Shown: positions 30,202-39,602 of the stretch, in pieces | Numbering within the stretch: the first letter of the stretch is position 1 | Layout of the letters: each line of letters opens with the position of its first letter | Assembly (NCBI GenBank): GCA_964651655.1 | Contig: CAZYVS010000002.1 | Location: 29,471 to 93,470 of the forward strand | From: an uncultured Candidatus Saccharibacteria bacterium | GTDB lineage: Bacteria; Patescibacteriota; Minisyncoccia; Phycocordibacterales; Zambryskibacteraceae | DNA: 64,000 nt | Reading direction: 5' to 3' | Made by a program: the position numbers and the translations under genes | The notes under the pieces: model-generated | What the model saw: the letters and a program-made list of their open reading frames with translations, nothing else | Told to the model about the DNA's origin: nothing | Database searches by the model: none

Positions 30202-30423
30202 TTAGAGTCGTTTGATGATGCGGGCCTTGCCGCCATAAGGCTCCAGTTCTAAAAGCACTTTGTCCCCCACCAAAACTCTGATGCGATGTAGGCGCATTTT
30301 ACCAGAGAGATAAGAGAGAATTTCCTCCTCCGTTTGGTCAAGTTTAACGCGAAACATAATATTGGGTAGAGATTCAATCACAATTCCCGTTCTTTCCAAA
30401 TCAGAGGATTTACTTTGCGGCAT
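30202..30423 (-). CDS. infA: Translation initiation factor IF-1
   Basis: ESLPNIMFRV, LSGKMR, GDKV. Confidence 0.96.
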   Translation of the reverse strand: MPQSKSSDLERTGIVIESLPNIMFRVKLDQTEEEILSYLSGKMRLHRIRVLVGDKVLLELEPYGGKARIIKRL

Positions 30424-30426
30424 ATA

Positions 30427-31755
30427 TCATTTGACGGGAAGTTTCTTCAAGAAGATATCGGCGCCATTCTCGGGAAAAGAACTTTTCCAAAATGGTCTGA
30501 TGGTGGCGGTCGCCTTAGCAACAGTCGGATAATTATTAAGAATGGAAGGAAGATCCTGTTTACTTCTCCCCAATAAATCGGCTTTTAGGGCCACCTCGTC
30601 CACATTCCATTCTATCGTCGTCTCACCCCTAACGGAAAAACTGATTTTGTTTGAAGACAGCGGATTAATTGACGCGTTGTTTGTCAAAGCAAATTCAAGC
30701 GAGTCGAGTTTATCGATATTCAGCGATTCACCGGCCGCTAAAGTGACTTTGTCAACAACCAATTCACGAGACAGATCGCTTCTTTTGAACATAACTCCGG
30801 CCAAGTCAGCAGACATATTTATCATCACCCCTTCCCCGTTGGTTGGAACCGATTGAGGCAACTCTTTAAAAGTGACCGAGGAAAGAGACGGCAACAAGAT
30901 AAAGTCTTCCGGCACTTGAGCTTTGGCTTCGGAAATTAATCCTTCTTTGAGCGCGGTTTCAAGTTGCTCTCTGACTCGCGCCCCATCTTCACTTTTGATT
31001 ATCTTTTCCGTACCGGAAAAGCCGCCGGACATTTCGGTCTTAGAACGAGCATACACGGAGGCAAACAGCGAAGTGCCCTTAAGCCCGGGAAGAGTAAAAT
31101 CGGCAAACCCGATATTGAATCCTTGGCCGGGACGTTCGGCATAGACCACCACTTCCAGAGCGCCCAATTTTTCTTCACCGTTGACCAGTTTCTTGCCGGG
31201 AATAACAATGGCATCCGGGACTTGATAAATTTTACCGTCCGGGGTTTCAAAACGCGTCGTGGCCCTCAACCTCTGTTCAACGATACTGGCATTATAGACA
31301 ACAATGGTGCCGCTAGCTTTTCTTTCTACTTCCTGTTCTCCGGATGTGGACACTTCTTGACCTTTCTCCATAGAAAGTTTAACAATGCTAAAAAGAAGTC
31401 CGCTCTCGCCCTCCTTGCGCGCCTCATACAAGCCACCGTCAAAAGACACTGCTTGAGATTTAGGCACATAGGCCAACGTGGCGCCGCCAAATACGGAAAG
31501 TATAGGAAAAATGAGTATCAGGACGGCGATGCCGATTGCTATCCACTTGCGTCTGCCCCGGCTATTGGCGGAACTACCGCCGTTTGGCGGAAAATTGAAA
31601 CTATTATCAGGCGATGAATCATTAAACGAATAATTTTCTTTTGAAGTTTGGGGCATTTCGCGACGCTCGATTCTGCGACGTCCCTCGGGAATAGGAATGT
31701 CCCGAATGCTTCTTTTTCTCTCTGGCACGACTATGTCTTCAATATGTTTCGGCAT
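30427..31755 (-). CDS. Conserved membrane-anchored hypothetical protein (CPR-type, baseplate-J-like segment)
   Basis: RSIRDI N-terminus, TM helix, KASGTIVVYN, TRFETPDG, PFW. Confidence 0.6.
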   Translation of the reverse strand: MPKHIEDIVVPERKRSIRDIPIPEGRRRIERREMPQTSKENYSFNDSSPDNSFNFPPNGGSSANSRGRRKWIAIGIAVLILIFPILSVFGGATLAYVPKSQAVSFDGGLYEARKEGESGLLFSIVKLSMEKGQEVSTSGEQEVERKASGTIVVYNASIVEQRLRATTRFETPDGKIYQVPDAIVIPGKKLVNGEEKLGALEVVVYAERPGQGFNIGFADFTLPGLKGTSLFASVYARSKTEMSGGFSGTEKIIKSEDGARVREQLETALKEGLISEAKAQVPEDFILLPSLSSVTFKELPQSVPTNGEGVMINMSADLAGVMFKRSDLSRELVVDKVTLAAGESLNIDKLDSLEFALTNNASINPLSSNKISFSVRGETTIEWNVDEVALKADLLGRSKQDLPSILNNYPTVAKATATIRPFWKSSFPENGADIFLKKLPVK

Positions 31756-31772
31756 GTCAAAAATTATAACTT

Positions 31773-31796
31773 ATTTATAGTGAGCTTGTCGAATTA
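31773..31796 (-). repeat. Stop-codon-anchored intergenic motif, copy 5
   Basis: TAATTCGACAAGCTCACTATAAAT after alaS. Confidence 0.85.
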
Positions 31797-33068
31797 TTTT
31801 TTAAATTTACGCCTTCCACCGGAACGCGAGATAGTTTGGTGTTTGCTCATTTCTTTGTCAAAAGCGGCGCGGTCGATTTTTATGCCCTTCTCCCCGGCCA
31901 GCTCTTCAGTCAATTCTATCGGGAAACCATAACTTGTGAAGAGGATAAAAGGATCAACCCCCTTATCAAACTGTTTGAGGCCTGATTCCAAAGTTTTGCC
32001 GAATTTTTCAATTTCCGTTGAGATAATATCCGCTATCGCCGGATTAAAGACATAAAGTCCCTTATAACTTTCATGATTAGAAACGGCTTTTGCCAGAGAA
32101 TTTATTGTTTTTAGATCACCTCCTATTTTTCTAACATGAACATAAGCGCGGCGAAGAAGCCGTCGTAAAATGTAACCCCGGCCGGTATTTGACGGTAAAA
32201 CACCGTCGCTTAGCGCAAAGACCGATGTTCGTATATGGTCGGCGATAATTCGTTTAGATCGGGTGAGAACGGAATCAAAACCATCAAACACCGAAATAAG
32301 CGGCGCAAACAGATCGGTGTCAAAAATATTATTTTTATTTTGAAGCGCCATAGTTAAACGCTCCAGCCCGGCGCCCGTATCAACATTTTTTTGTGATAAT
32401 TTATTTGTAATTTTTCCGTCTTTCTTCTCATATTCCATAAAGACATCGTTCCAAACTTCTACTACTTTCTGTTCTTTATCGGCCCTTTCATATTCTTGTT
32501 TGGTTAAATTTCCCAAGCCTTCGAGAGTAACGTCATAAAACATTTCCGTGTCCGGTCCGCACGGTCCGCTTTCTCCCGCGCTCCACCAATTTGATTTGGC
32601 TCCCAAAAAAAAGATTCTGTTCTTCGGCATATACTTCTGCCAAATTTTAAAAGCTTCTTCATCTTTCGGGGCATTTTCATCTCCCTCAAACACAGTAACG
32701 TAGAGTCGTTTAGGATCCAGGCCAAATCCTTCCTCTTTGTTTGTCAATAATTCATAACTCCACTGAATTGCTTCTTCTTTAAAGTAATCACCTAGAGACC
32801 AGTTACCAAGCATCTCAAAAAAAGTATCGTGAGTATTATCACCGACTTCGTTAATATCTTGGGTGCGTACACACTTCTGAATATTTACCAAACGTCTGCC
32901 TTGCGGATGTTTCTTACCCATAAGATATGGCACTAGAGGTTGCATCCCGGCGGTGGTGAATAGAACTGAAGAGTCATTCTCCGGCACGAGCGAGGCCGAC
33001 GGGATAACTGTGTGTCCCCGGTTCTCGAAAAAAGTCAGGAATCGCCGCCGAATTTCTTCAGATTGCAT
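31794..33068 (-). CDS. alaS: Alanine-tRNA ligase, aminoacylation domains only
   Basis: LFTTAGMQP, QKCVR, FFEMLGNWS, VDTGAGLER, GYILRRLLRR; ends at about 424 aa. Confidence 0.93.
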   Translation of the reverse strand: MQSEEIRRRFLTFFENRGHTVIPSASLVPENDSSVLFTTAGMQPLVPYLMGKKHPQGRRLVNIQKCVRTQDINEVGDNTHDTFFEMLGNWSLGDYFKEEAIQWSYELLTNKEEGFGLDPKRLYVTVFEGDENAPKDEEAFKIWQKYMPKNRIFFLGAKSNWWSAGESGPCGPDTEMFYDVTLEGLGNLTKQEYERADKEQKVVEVWNDVFMEYEKKDGKITNKLSQKNVDTGAGLERLTMALQNKNNIFDTDLFAPLISVFDGFDSVLTRSKRIIADHIRTSVFALSDGVLPSNTGRGYILRRLLRRAYVHVRKIGGDLKTINSLAKAVSNHESYKGLYVFNPAIADIISTEIEKFGKTLESGLKQFDKGVDPFILFTSYGFPIELTEELAGEKGIKIDRAAFDKEMSKHQTISRSGGRRKFKK

Positions 33069-33086
33069 TAGATGAATATAACACAA

Positions 33087-33668
33087 TTAAACGAGAGTCT
33101 TAAGCACTTTGAAATCTTCTTTAAGAGTCTCGAGAAGATGCTGGTTATAAATGGCCGCCGCCGGATGATAGAAAGGCGTAAATTTAAAATCCTTCGCCTG
33201 AAATACTTTGCCATGTAGAGCGCTGATGGATGAAAGCTCATTTTCAAGACCGTAACGATTCATGACGTATTGCATGGAAAACCGGCCAAGCGTGGCTATA
33301 ACTTTCGGTTTAATGATTCCAATTTGACGATCCAGAAACGGGGCGTAAATCTCTATCTCGTCCGGATAGGGATCACGGTTTCCGGGCGGGCGGTCTTTGA
33401 CAACATTGGTTACGTAGACGTTTTTTCTTTCTATACCGACGTGAGCCAGAAGCAGATCAAGCACCTTCCCCGCCCGCCCGCAAAACGGCCTGCCGGTTTT
33501 GGCCTCATTTTCTCCCGGTGCCTCGCCGATAAACATCACTATCGCCGAATGATTGCCTTCCCCTATTACCGGGAAATATTTATTTTGCACCCGCTCGGCA
33601 TAAAGCGGCGAAGCCTTGAGGGCGACAACCTCATTCTTAATTTTTTTTAATTCCTCATCACAATTCAT
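33087..33668 (-). CDS. Uracil-DNA glycosylase family 4
   Basis: IGEAPG..E, GRPF.G.AG, TNVVK.RPPGNR, HPAA. Confidence 0.9.
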   Translation of the reverse strand: MNCDEELKKIKNEVVALKASPLYAERVQNKYFPVIGEGNHSAIVMFIGEAPGENEAKTGRPFCGRAGKVLDLLLAHVGIERKNVYVTNVVKDRPPGNRDPYPDEIEIYAPFLDRQIGIIKPKVIATLGRFSMQYVMNRYGLENELSSISALHGKVFQAKDFKFTPFYHPAAAIYNQHLLETLKEDFKVLKTLV

Positions 33669-34497
33669 TTATTTCGTTCATGACCGGTTCAATATTAAAA
33701 TTCTTACCAAGAAATTCATTCAATAATTTAGGATGCTTCTTAACATCCGAACAGAGAACAATCCTCTTCTCAAGAAGCGTCTTCTTATCGGCAGTCGAAA
33801 GCGAAACCAGGCAAGTCACGGGATGAAGCGCTTCGTTTTCAATCATCTCTTGCAAACCGGCATTTTCCGGATAATTCCATCCTATCATGGTTAAATTATT
33901 ACAAAGACCATAATGAATGGCCGTACTTGAAAATTTGGTATTGGTGACAAGCCAGCAATCGGTAACGTGCCTATTAGAACCGCCATAATCAAAAACGTTG
34001 CCGCGTAAATCGTCAAACCTTGCCTTGATATAAAGAACCACTTTCAAATCGGACTTTGTACCCAGACCATTATGAAATTTTGCTTCAATCATAATAAGTT
34101 CTTTTTCATTGTAGGCCACCACGTCTACTTCGTGCGCCACACATTCGCCAAGCACGGTTTGACGAGTCTGACACTTATAACCTTTGGCTTCAAGCACTCT
34201 GGCGATAAAATCTTCAAACGGAAAGCCTGAAGGTCCGAGATCCATCACCGCCCGACGAAGAGAATAACTTCTGGCAATCGGCTTGCTTATTTTTTGCAGA
34301 ATGGAAAAGGCGTGTCTGTAGATATCATTGGTTGTCATGTCGTCATGGAGTTCCGGCAAAATATGAGACATCACCTGCTCTACAGCTTCCTCCGTTGCGC
34401 CGGCATGAAAAAGAGAGTATCGGAGTTTTTCTTCATCAAAAATTTCCCGCTCTCCATTTGCCTTGAGAATTGTTACTTGTTTGGTTAGTTGCACCAT
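33658..34497 (-). CDS. ATP-cone plus Mrr-like PD-(D/E)xK domain protein
   Basis: KANGEREIFDEEKL, GPSGFPFE, HEVDV, IEAKFHN, LVTNTKF. Confidence 0.8.
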   Translation of the reverse strand: MVQLTKQVTILKANGEREIFDEEKLRYSLFHAGATEEAVEQVMSHILPELHDDMTTNDIYRHAFSILQKISKPIARSYSLRRAVMDLGPSGFPFEDFIARVLEAKGYKCQTRQTVLGECVAHEVDVVAYNEKELIMIEAKFHNGLGTKSDLKVVLYIKARFDDLRGNVFDYGGSNRHVTDCWLVTNTKFSSTAIHYGLCNNLTMIGWNYPENAGLQEMIENEALHPVTCLVSLSTADKKTLLEKRIVLCSDVKKHPKLLNEFLGKNFNIEPVMNEINEL

Positions 34498-34593
34498 TCT
34501 AGTATTATACCTCACGACAATATCTCATTCATCACTCCGCCACTGAAACAGATTTTTTCACACACTCACCCTCGTTCATAGTTAAAATATCAT

Positions 34594-34631
34594 ATACGTT
34601 ACTTTTATGCGACCGCATTATTTTAACGTAT
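34594..34631. repeat. 38-bp palindromic repeat downstream of PaaX-like gene
   Basis: ATACGTTACTTTTATGCGACCGCATTATTTTAACGTAT. Confidence 0.9.
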
Positions 34632-34661
34632 ATGTAAATAGAAATGGCATAGGAATTTTAA

Positions 34662-35228
34662 TTAAATTAATCCGAACTCTTCTCGCAGATGTTTATCGTT
34701 TTCCAGTTCATCAACAATCATGTATAAAAGATACTTACCTATTCTGAAATCAGTTTTGAGTAGAGTAATAATGTCTTCACAATCATAAGGATATATCCAA
34801 ACACTGTTTTGAAGACGTCGAATACCGGTCTGTCTAAAGAGTATGGTTAAATCATCTCTTGCCTTCTTTTTCTTTTCTGGAATATCAAAAATAATCACTC
34901 TCCATTTCTTATCCCATCTTTTGGGTTTTTGCAATTGGAAATCAGCGAATTGCCAACGGCGCAAGAGACTTTCCCCTTTTAAAGTCAGTTGATATCTCTT
35001 GCCGTCGTAGAAAAGTAATCCACGCTTAACAAGTTTACTGGCCGAGGAACCAATATACTCTTTTTGTCTCTTGTTTGGAAGAATGCCAAGCTTGGCAAGC
35101 GCTCCTATGACATTTGGAGCAACCAGAGCCACACTCAACATGCCCGCGACTGCCACAGTTTGCAAAATTACGTGTTGCAAATTTTTACGCTTTGATTTCT
35201 TACGGCTTTTATTCTCTAATTTACCCAT
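34662..35228 (-). CDS. PaaX-like winged-helix protein with Cas2/VapD-like C-terminal domain
   Basis: L.KRGLL..YQLTLKG; WDKKWRVIIFDIPE; LQNSVWI. Confidence 0.8.
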   Translation of the reverse strand: MGKLENKSRKKSKRKNLQHVILQTVAVAGMLSVALVAPNVIGALAKLGILPNKRQKEYIGSSASKLVKRGLLFYDGKRYQLTLKGESLLRRWQFADFQLQKPKRWDKKWRVIIFDIPEKKKKARDDLTILFRQTGIRRLQNSVWIYPYDCEDIITLLKTDFRIGKYLLYMIVDELENDKHLREEFGLI

Positions 35229-35264
35229 ACGTCACTTTTATGCGACCGCTTTATTATAACGTAT
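35227..35264. repeat. 38-bp palindromic repeat over the start codon and -10 box of the PaaX-like gene
   Basis: ATACGTCACTTTTATGCGACCGCTTTATTATAACGTAT; 35/38 identical to downstream copy. Confidence 0.9.
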
Positions 35265-35289
35265 TATCCATAATTCTATTTACAGAGTT

Positions 35290-36447
35290 TTATTCCAAAA
35301 CCTTATCCATCACTCCGCCACCGAGACATGTCTCGGCATCATAAAATACTATTGATTGACCGAGTGAGAGTCCGCGTATCGGTTTCTTGAACTTCACCTC
35401 CACCCTGTTAAACACTCGGTGTTTAACATTTATGGGAAGTTTTTCACCTCGATGTCGTATCCGAGCAAACAATCGGGTTGTCTTTGGTTTGTTGATCCAA
35501 TTCACACTCTTGACCATAATTCGTGTTGGCGAATGTGATATTATCTCCGGTTTTTCATTTGAAACAGTAATAGTATTTGCCTTAATATCTTTGGACAAGA
35601 CATAAAAAGCTTTATCTTTCGGTAATTTCTTAGTGATTTCAAAACCGTGCCTTTCCCCTATGGTATATAGAAGAGCACCCTTGTGAGTACCTACAATGTT
35701 ACCGTGGGTATTTAATACTTTGCCTGGTTTGGTTGAAATAAAATGGGAAAGAAATTCATCCATCGGCACTTCGCCGATAAAACAGATTCCCTGGCTATCT
35801 TTCTTCTCAGAAACCGGCAAACGGTATTGGCGCGCCAACCTTCGCACCTCGCTCTTTTTCAAATCACCAATAGGAAAAATGGCATGGGAGAGATCATTTT
35901 GAGTTAGAGTCCATAGAAAATAGCTTTGATCTTTTTCTTTATCTTTTCCCTCCAACAACCGATAGCACAGAGGTTTAACCTTTGTAGATTCCCGAAGGTT
36001 AAACCTCTGTGCTGAAGCATAATGCCCAGTAGCAATATAATCCGCTCCCATTTTCTCGGCCTCTCTCCAGAACGTACCAAATTTAATTTCTCTATTGCAA
36101 AGCACATCTGGATTTGGTGTCCGGCCAAACTTGTATTCTGATATCATTTTATCTACTACACCACTCTTATACTCAGCTTCGAAATCAAAAAAGAGAAACG
36201 GGATGTCCAGTGCAATTGCCACTTTCATCGCATCGCGTCTTTCGTCTCTCCAACTGCAAGGTAAAAAATCCGGTTGCCAGACCTTTATAAATACACCCGT
36301 CACATCATGGCCAGTCTTTTTCAAAAGCGCGGCGCTCACCGCGGAATCCACTCCCCCAGAAAGACCAACAAAAACTTTGCGACTAGAGATATTGGGCGAT
36401 ATTTTTTTTATGTTCATCAAAGGTTTTGGCATAATGCATTTTTCCAT
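35290..36447 (-). CDS. mnmA: tRNA 2-thiouridylase (start uncertain)
   Basis: SGGVDS, TPNPDVLCN, ATGHY, KDQSYFL, DSQGICF. Confidence 0.95.
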   Translation of the reverse strand: MEKCIMPKPLMNIKKISPNISSRKVFVGLSGGVDSAVSAALLKKTGHDVTGVFIKVWQPDFLPCSWRDERRDAMKVAIALDIPFLFFDFEAEYKSGVVDKMISEYKFGRTPNPDVLCNREIKFGTFWREAEKMGADYIATGHYASAQRFNLRESTKVKPLCYRLLEGKDKEKDQSYFLWTLTQNDLSHAIFPIGDLKKSEVRRLARQYRLPVSEKKDSQGICFIGEVPMDEFLSHFISTKPGKVLNTHGNIVGTHKGALLYTIGERHGFEITKKLPKDKAFYVLSKDIKANTITVSNEKPEIISHSPTRIMVKSVNWINKPKTTRLFARIRHRGEKLPINVKHRVFNRVEVKFKKPIRGLSLGQSIVFYDAETCLGGGVMDKVLE

Positions 36448-37243
36448 CCTTGCCTGTCAAGAAATACAAATAGGGTGTCGGGGTCGGATGAAGCGCCGCT
36501 TTAATCGAGACTAATCCGGGATTGTTGATGGGATTTTTGGGCAGACCGACAAATTTGTAAGTGCTGGTTTCCGAATCCACCTGCAAGGGCATCCCCATGT
36601 CAAGCCGTTTCCAGAGAATATCCGAGGCCATTTCCCGATCCTCTTTAGTTTGGGTTTCCGCTTCAAGAAGCGAGGCGATGATAATAATTTCTTCCAGGAT
36701 CCGACCCGAAGATTTTATTTCGGGCAAAGTTGAAGAAATTTTGCGAGTAAAATTATCGTTCATCAATTTAATGGTCGAAGAAGCCGTGGCGGTCACGGGT
36801 ATAAAGTAAGTATCGGGGAAAAGATACCCTTCCGGGGCCAAGGCCACAAAATTCTCGCGATCAAAGAATTTAAATCTATCGTCAAAAAGTGAAGAAATTT
36901 TTAGAACGTTGAAACCTTCCGGAATAGTTAGTTTAATTGTCTCCACATCATAATCTCCGCGGAAAATCCGCCAAGCAATGGTAAAAACGTTTTGCGGGCC
37001 AGACATTAAATATTGACCAGCTTTCATGGCGCGTTCGCCGCCGAGCAGAATCGCCGTTGCTCGAAACCAGAATGGAGAACGTATCGCTCTTTCCTCCCGT
37101 AATTTCTCCGCGAGAGAATAAAGTTCGGTCCCTTCCGGAACGGTAATCATGGCGCCTGAAGGAAATGCCAGGGGAGGAGTAGTAAAGAATGAGGCGACAA
37201 TAAACAGTATTATTCCCGCTAAAAGAGAAAGAATCTTTAGCAT
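36383..37243 (-). CDS. mltG: Endolytic transglycosylase MltG (short)
   Basis: TIPEG, EGYLFPDTY, ASLLEAE, LQVD, PINNPG. Confidence 0.9.
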   Translation of the reverse strand: MLKILSLLAGIILFIVASFFTTPPLAFPSGAMITVPEGTELYSLAEKLREERAIRSPFWFRATAILLGGERAMKAGQYLMSGPQNVFTIAWRIFRGDYDVETIKLTIPEGFNVLKISSLFDDRFKFFDRENFVALAPEGYLFPDTYFIPVTATASSTIKLMNDNFTRKISSTLPEIKSSGRILEEIIIIASLLEAETQTKEDREMASDILWKRLDMGMPLQVDSETSTYKFVGLPKNPINNPGLVSIKAALHPTPTPYLYFLTGKDGKMHYAKTFDEHKKNIAQYL

Positions 37244-38508
37244 TAGACCGGTAAATTTGACGGCGCTTCCGCTTTCTTGGAAGACACGCGAACCAGAGTC
37301 GGAGTGGTGGCAGTGGCACCCGGGAAATGAAAGATGGTGGCCAATTCCTCGGTCGTTAAGACGTACGGTTTGCCGAAAACATTTTTGAATGGAGGATTGA
37401 AGACAGAACGTCTTTTATACGCTTCAAGCAACGTTTTTTGCCTATATATTCTCTTGATATCAAAAACGTCTTCCCAGGGATAAACAATGCCCGGAATAAA
37501 TCTGTGTGGCCGAATGCCGTTTAGAAGCGTTCTCGAACCTAGTTGACGCATGGCGCCAATTATTCCAACAGTTCTACTCACTGATATTTCTTTAGGAGCT
37601 ACATAGACCATTCTGAACATAGTATTAAATGCCAGCTTGGCCGCGTTTCGCTCGATTGCATTAATCGTCTCATTTTGAGTTTTAGTAAGGTTTAAGAGAC
37701 TGGGAGGTTTACCTTTTTCGGCTTCAATAAAACTTTCCTTTTTAATGAATTTTTCTATTTCATCCTTGATATTTTCCTTCCAGTCAGGTTTAGTAAATAA
37801 ACGAATATCTTGAAAACTTTCTTTGCGATGACCTTGAATCAAAATCTGAATCCATTGATTTTCTCCCGGCTTGAGAGTGCCAAGATATTCAAGAATGGGA
37901 GTAAGCGGATCAATTATCTGTTCTTGCTCTTTGTCTGTCTTATCAAGACCGAAATCAACATAGGTTTTTATCGGGTAGATATCCGGTTTCGTTAATCGGG
38001 TCGTTATGCCGGATAAATTCATTGTCTTGGGGTCAAAGATAATTTTAGTGGCATAGTCTTCCGCTTCTACCACTTCAGCGCCCGGATAGTGATTATAAAT
38101 TCTCGACTCAATGACATGTTTCCATTTAGGAAAGGCCCAAATAAAGAATTTTACTTGCCCGCCAATCGATGCTATCTCAAGAGAAAAAACATCTCTCGCA
38201 TGGCCGTATAAATATGCTCCGGTAATAGAACTTATGACATCTTCCCAAATACCGTCAAGCACCATCTCCATGGCGGCAGGCGATTTCTCCGTATTTTGAG
38301 GAATTCTGATTTCTAAAAGAATATAGCCGGTCTTCTTTAACCAGTCGCGCCTCTTATAATTAATCCAGGTATGCATAAAAAGCCAAAGAAAAAACATTGG
38401 CGACCAAAGAGGCCAAGTTGAAGCGACAATCCGCCAGACTTCTCGATAGAAATCCGTTTGGAAAAGAGAAAGAAAATCACTGATAATCATGACCTTAATT
38501 CTACACAA
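37243..38508 (-). CDS. Conserved CPR-type membrane protein
   Basis: LLEIRIP, FSLEIAS, YPIKTY, EELATIFHFP. Confidence 0.6.
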   Translation of the reverse strand: MCRIKVMIISDFLSLFQTDFYREVWRIVASTWPLWSPMFFLWLFMHTWINYKRRDWLKKTGYILLEIRIPQNTEKSPAAMEMVLDGIWEDVISSITGAYLYGHARDVFSLEIASIGGQVKFFIWAFPKWKHVIESRIYNHYPGAEVVEAEDYATKIIFDPKTMNLSGITTRLTKPDIYPIKTYVDFGLDKTDKEQEQIIDPLTPILEYLGTLKPGENQWIQILIQGHRKESFQDIRLFTKPDWKENIKDEIEKFIKKESFIEAEKGKPPSLLNLTKTQNETINAIERNAAKLAFNTMFRMVYVAPKEISVSRTVGIIGAMRQLGSRTLLNGIRPHRFIPGIVYPWEDVFDIKRIYRQKTLLEAYKRRSVFNPPFKNVFGKPYVLTTEELATIFHFPGATATTPTLVRVSSKKAEAPSNLPV

Positions 38509-38511
38509 AAT

Positions 38512-39549
38512 TTAGACGTTGTGGTAGCGGCCGGAAGAGTCTTTCTTAAAGTATTTCGGATTCTGAAGGTTCACTAAGATAGTATTCTCTTTAACGTAAC
38601 GCTCTTTGAGCACTTTCTCTATAATTTTATCTTTTGCCAGAGGGCCTTCCTTTTCTAAAATTTTTTTGATGACATCTTTAACCACACCGGATATATATCC
38701 CCATTCGGAGAGAGCGTAAAGGCCGCGCCCCACCAAAACGAATCTTGGGTCCTTGATCAGCTCATTGTGCGTGGTGGCCACATGCGCCTTTTTATTGAAG
38801 TACAGAGTGATCGCCTTTGCCACTTCTTTGAAATGGATTGGAGAACCATGCTTTCTAATGACTAAAAAGGCGTAGTCACGCATGCCTTTCGCATTGACAT
38901 TCGAGGAAGAGGCGCGACCCCATTCGCCCAAAGGATTCTTGCCGATTTTGTGAGAGATGGAAAACCAACGTTTGACCACTTCTTCATTCTTATATTTCTC
39001 GTTTAAATCTTTGACTTCTTCAAGAAAAGAACTAATAAGATCACTCTCAATTACGAGTTCATCATCAGACAACGAGGCGTATAGTTTGCGAAGCGCGGAT
39101 TTAATCTTATCCGCTAACTCCCGATCCACATGCCAGTGATGTTTAAATTCTTCATCGGCCTGCTCGCGTTTAAATTCCTCACCGATAATCAATAAAAAAT
39201 AGAAATGGTTCTGAACGCTTGGATCCTTGCTTAAATGTCTTAACAAATCCTTCTCAGATAGAATACCTCCCAGACCAAGAATAATTTCTTTCAATTCAAT
39301 AAAAACGGACTCAAGATCTTTGTAAATCTTTGATTTGCGAACAGTCAAAAGGGAATGATTTTCTATTTGACGCACTCGCTCTCTGGTAATGCCGTATTTT
39401 TTGCCGATAGCATCTAGGGTAAACTTGGCAGCTTTGGACCCCAGTCCGTATCGACTAACGATAATATCCTGACCGCGTTTGGTTAAAACTGATAATAACC
39501 GTTTGGTGACCTCTTTGGGCTTAAAACTTATAGCAATCTTCTCACTCAT
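38512..39549 (-). CDS. Sigma-70 region-4 HTH protein with C-terminal winged-helix domains
   Basis: RYGL..TLDAIGKKYGITRERVRQIE; HNELIKDPRFVLVGRGLYAL. Confidence 0.8.
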   Translation of the reverse strand: MSEKIAISFKPKEVTKRLLSVLTKRGQDIIVSRYGLGSKAAKFTLDAIGKKYGITRERVRQIENHSLLTVRKSKIYKDLESVFIELKEIILGLGGILSEKDLLRHLSKDPSVQNHFYFLLIIGEEFKREQADEEFKHHWHVDRELADKIKSALRKLYASLSDDELVIESDLISSFLEEVKDLNEKYKNEEVVKRWFSISHKIGKNPLGEWGRASSSNVNAKGMRDYAFLVIRKHGSPIHFKEVAKAITLYFNKKAHVATTHNELIKDPRFVLVGRGLYALSEWGYISGVVKDVIKKILEKEGPLAKDKIIEKVLKERYVKENTILVNLQNPKYFKKDSSGRYHNV

Positions 39550-39602
39550 GGTTTCTCTTATTTGTATCACCCGAACAAAGAAGTGTCAAGACGAGCTAAA
39601 AA

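Noticed and set aside
30427-31755. Phage baseplate or contractile injection system
   Set aside because: A single gene in a housekeeping operon with no sheath, tube or spike genes.
33658-34497. Restriction-modification system
   Set aside because: No methyltransferase nearby; the ATP-cone/Mrr-like protein is a common solitary family.
34594-35264. CRISPR array with cas2
   Set aside because: Only two repeats, separated by a whole gene; no spacer-sized intervals and no cas1 or effector genes.
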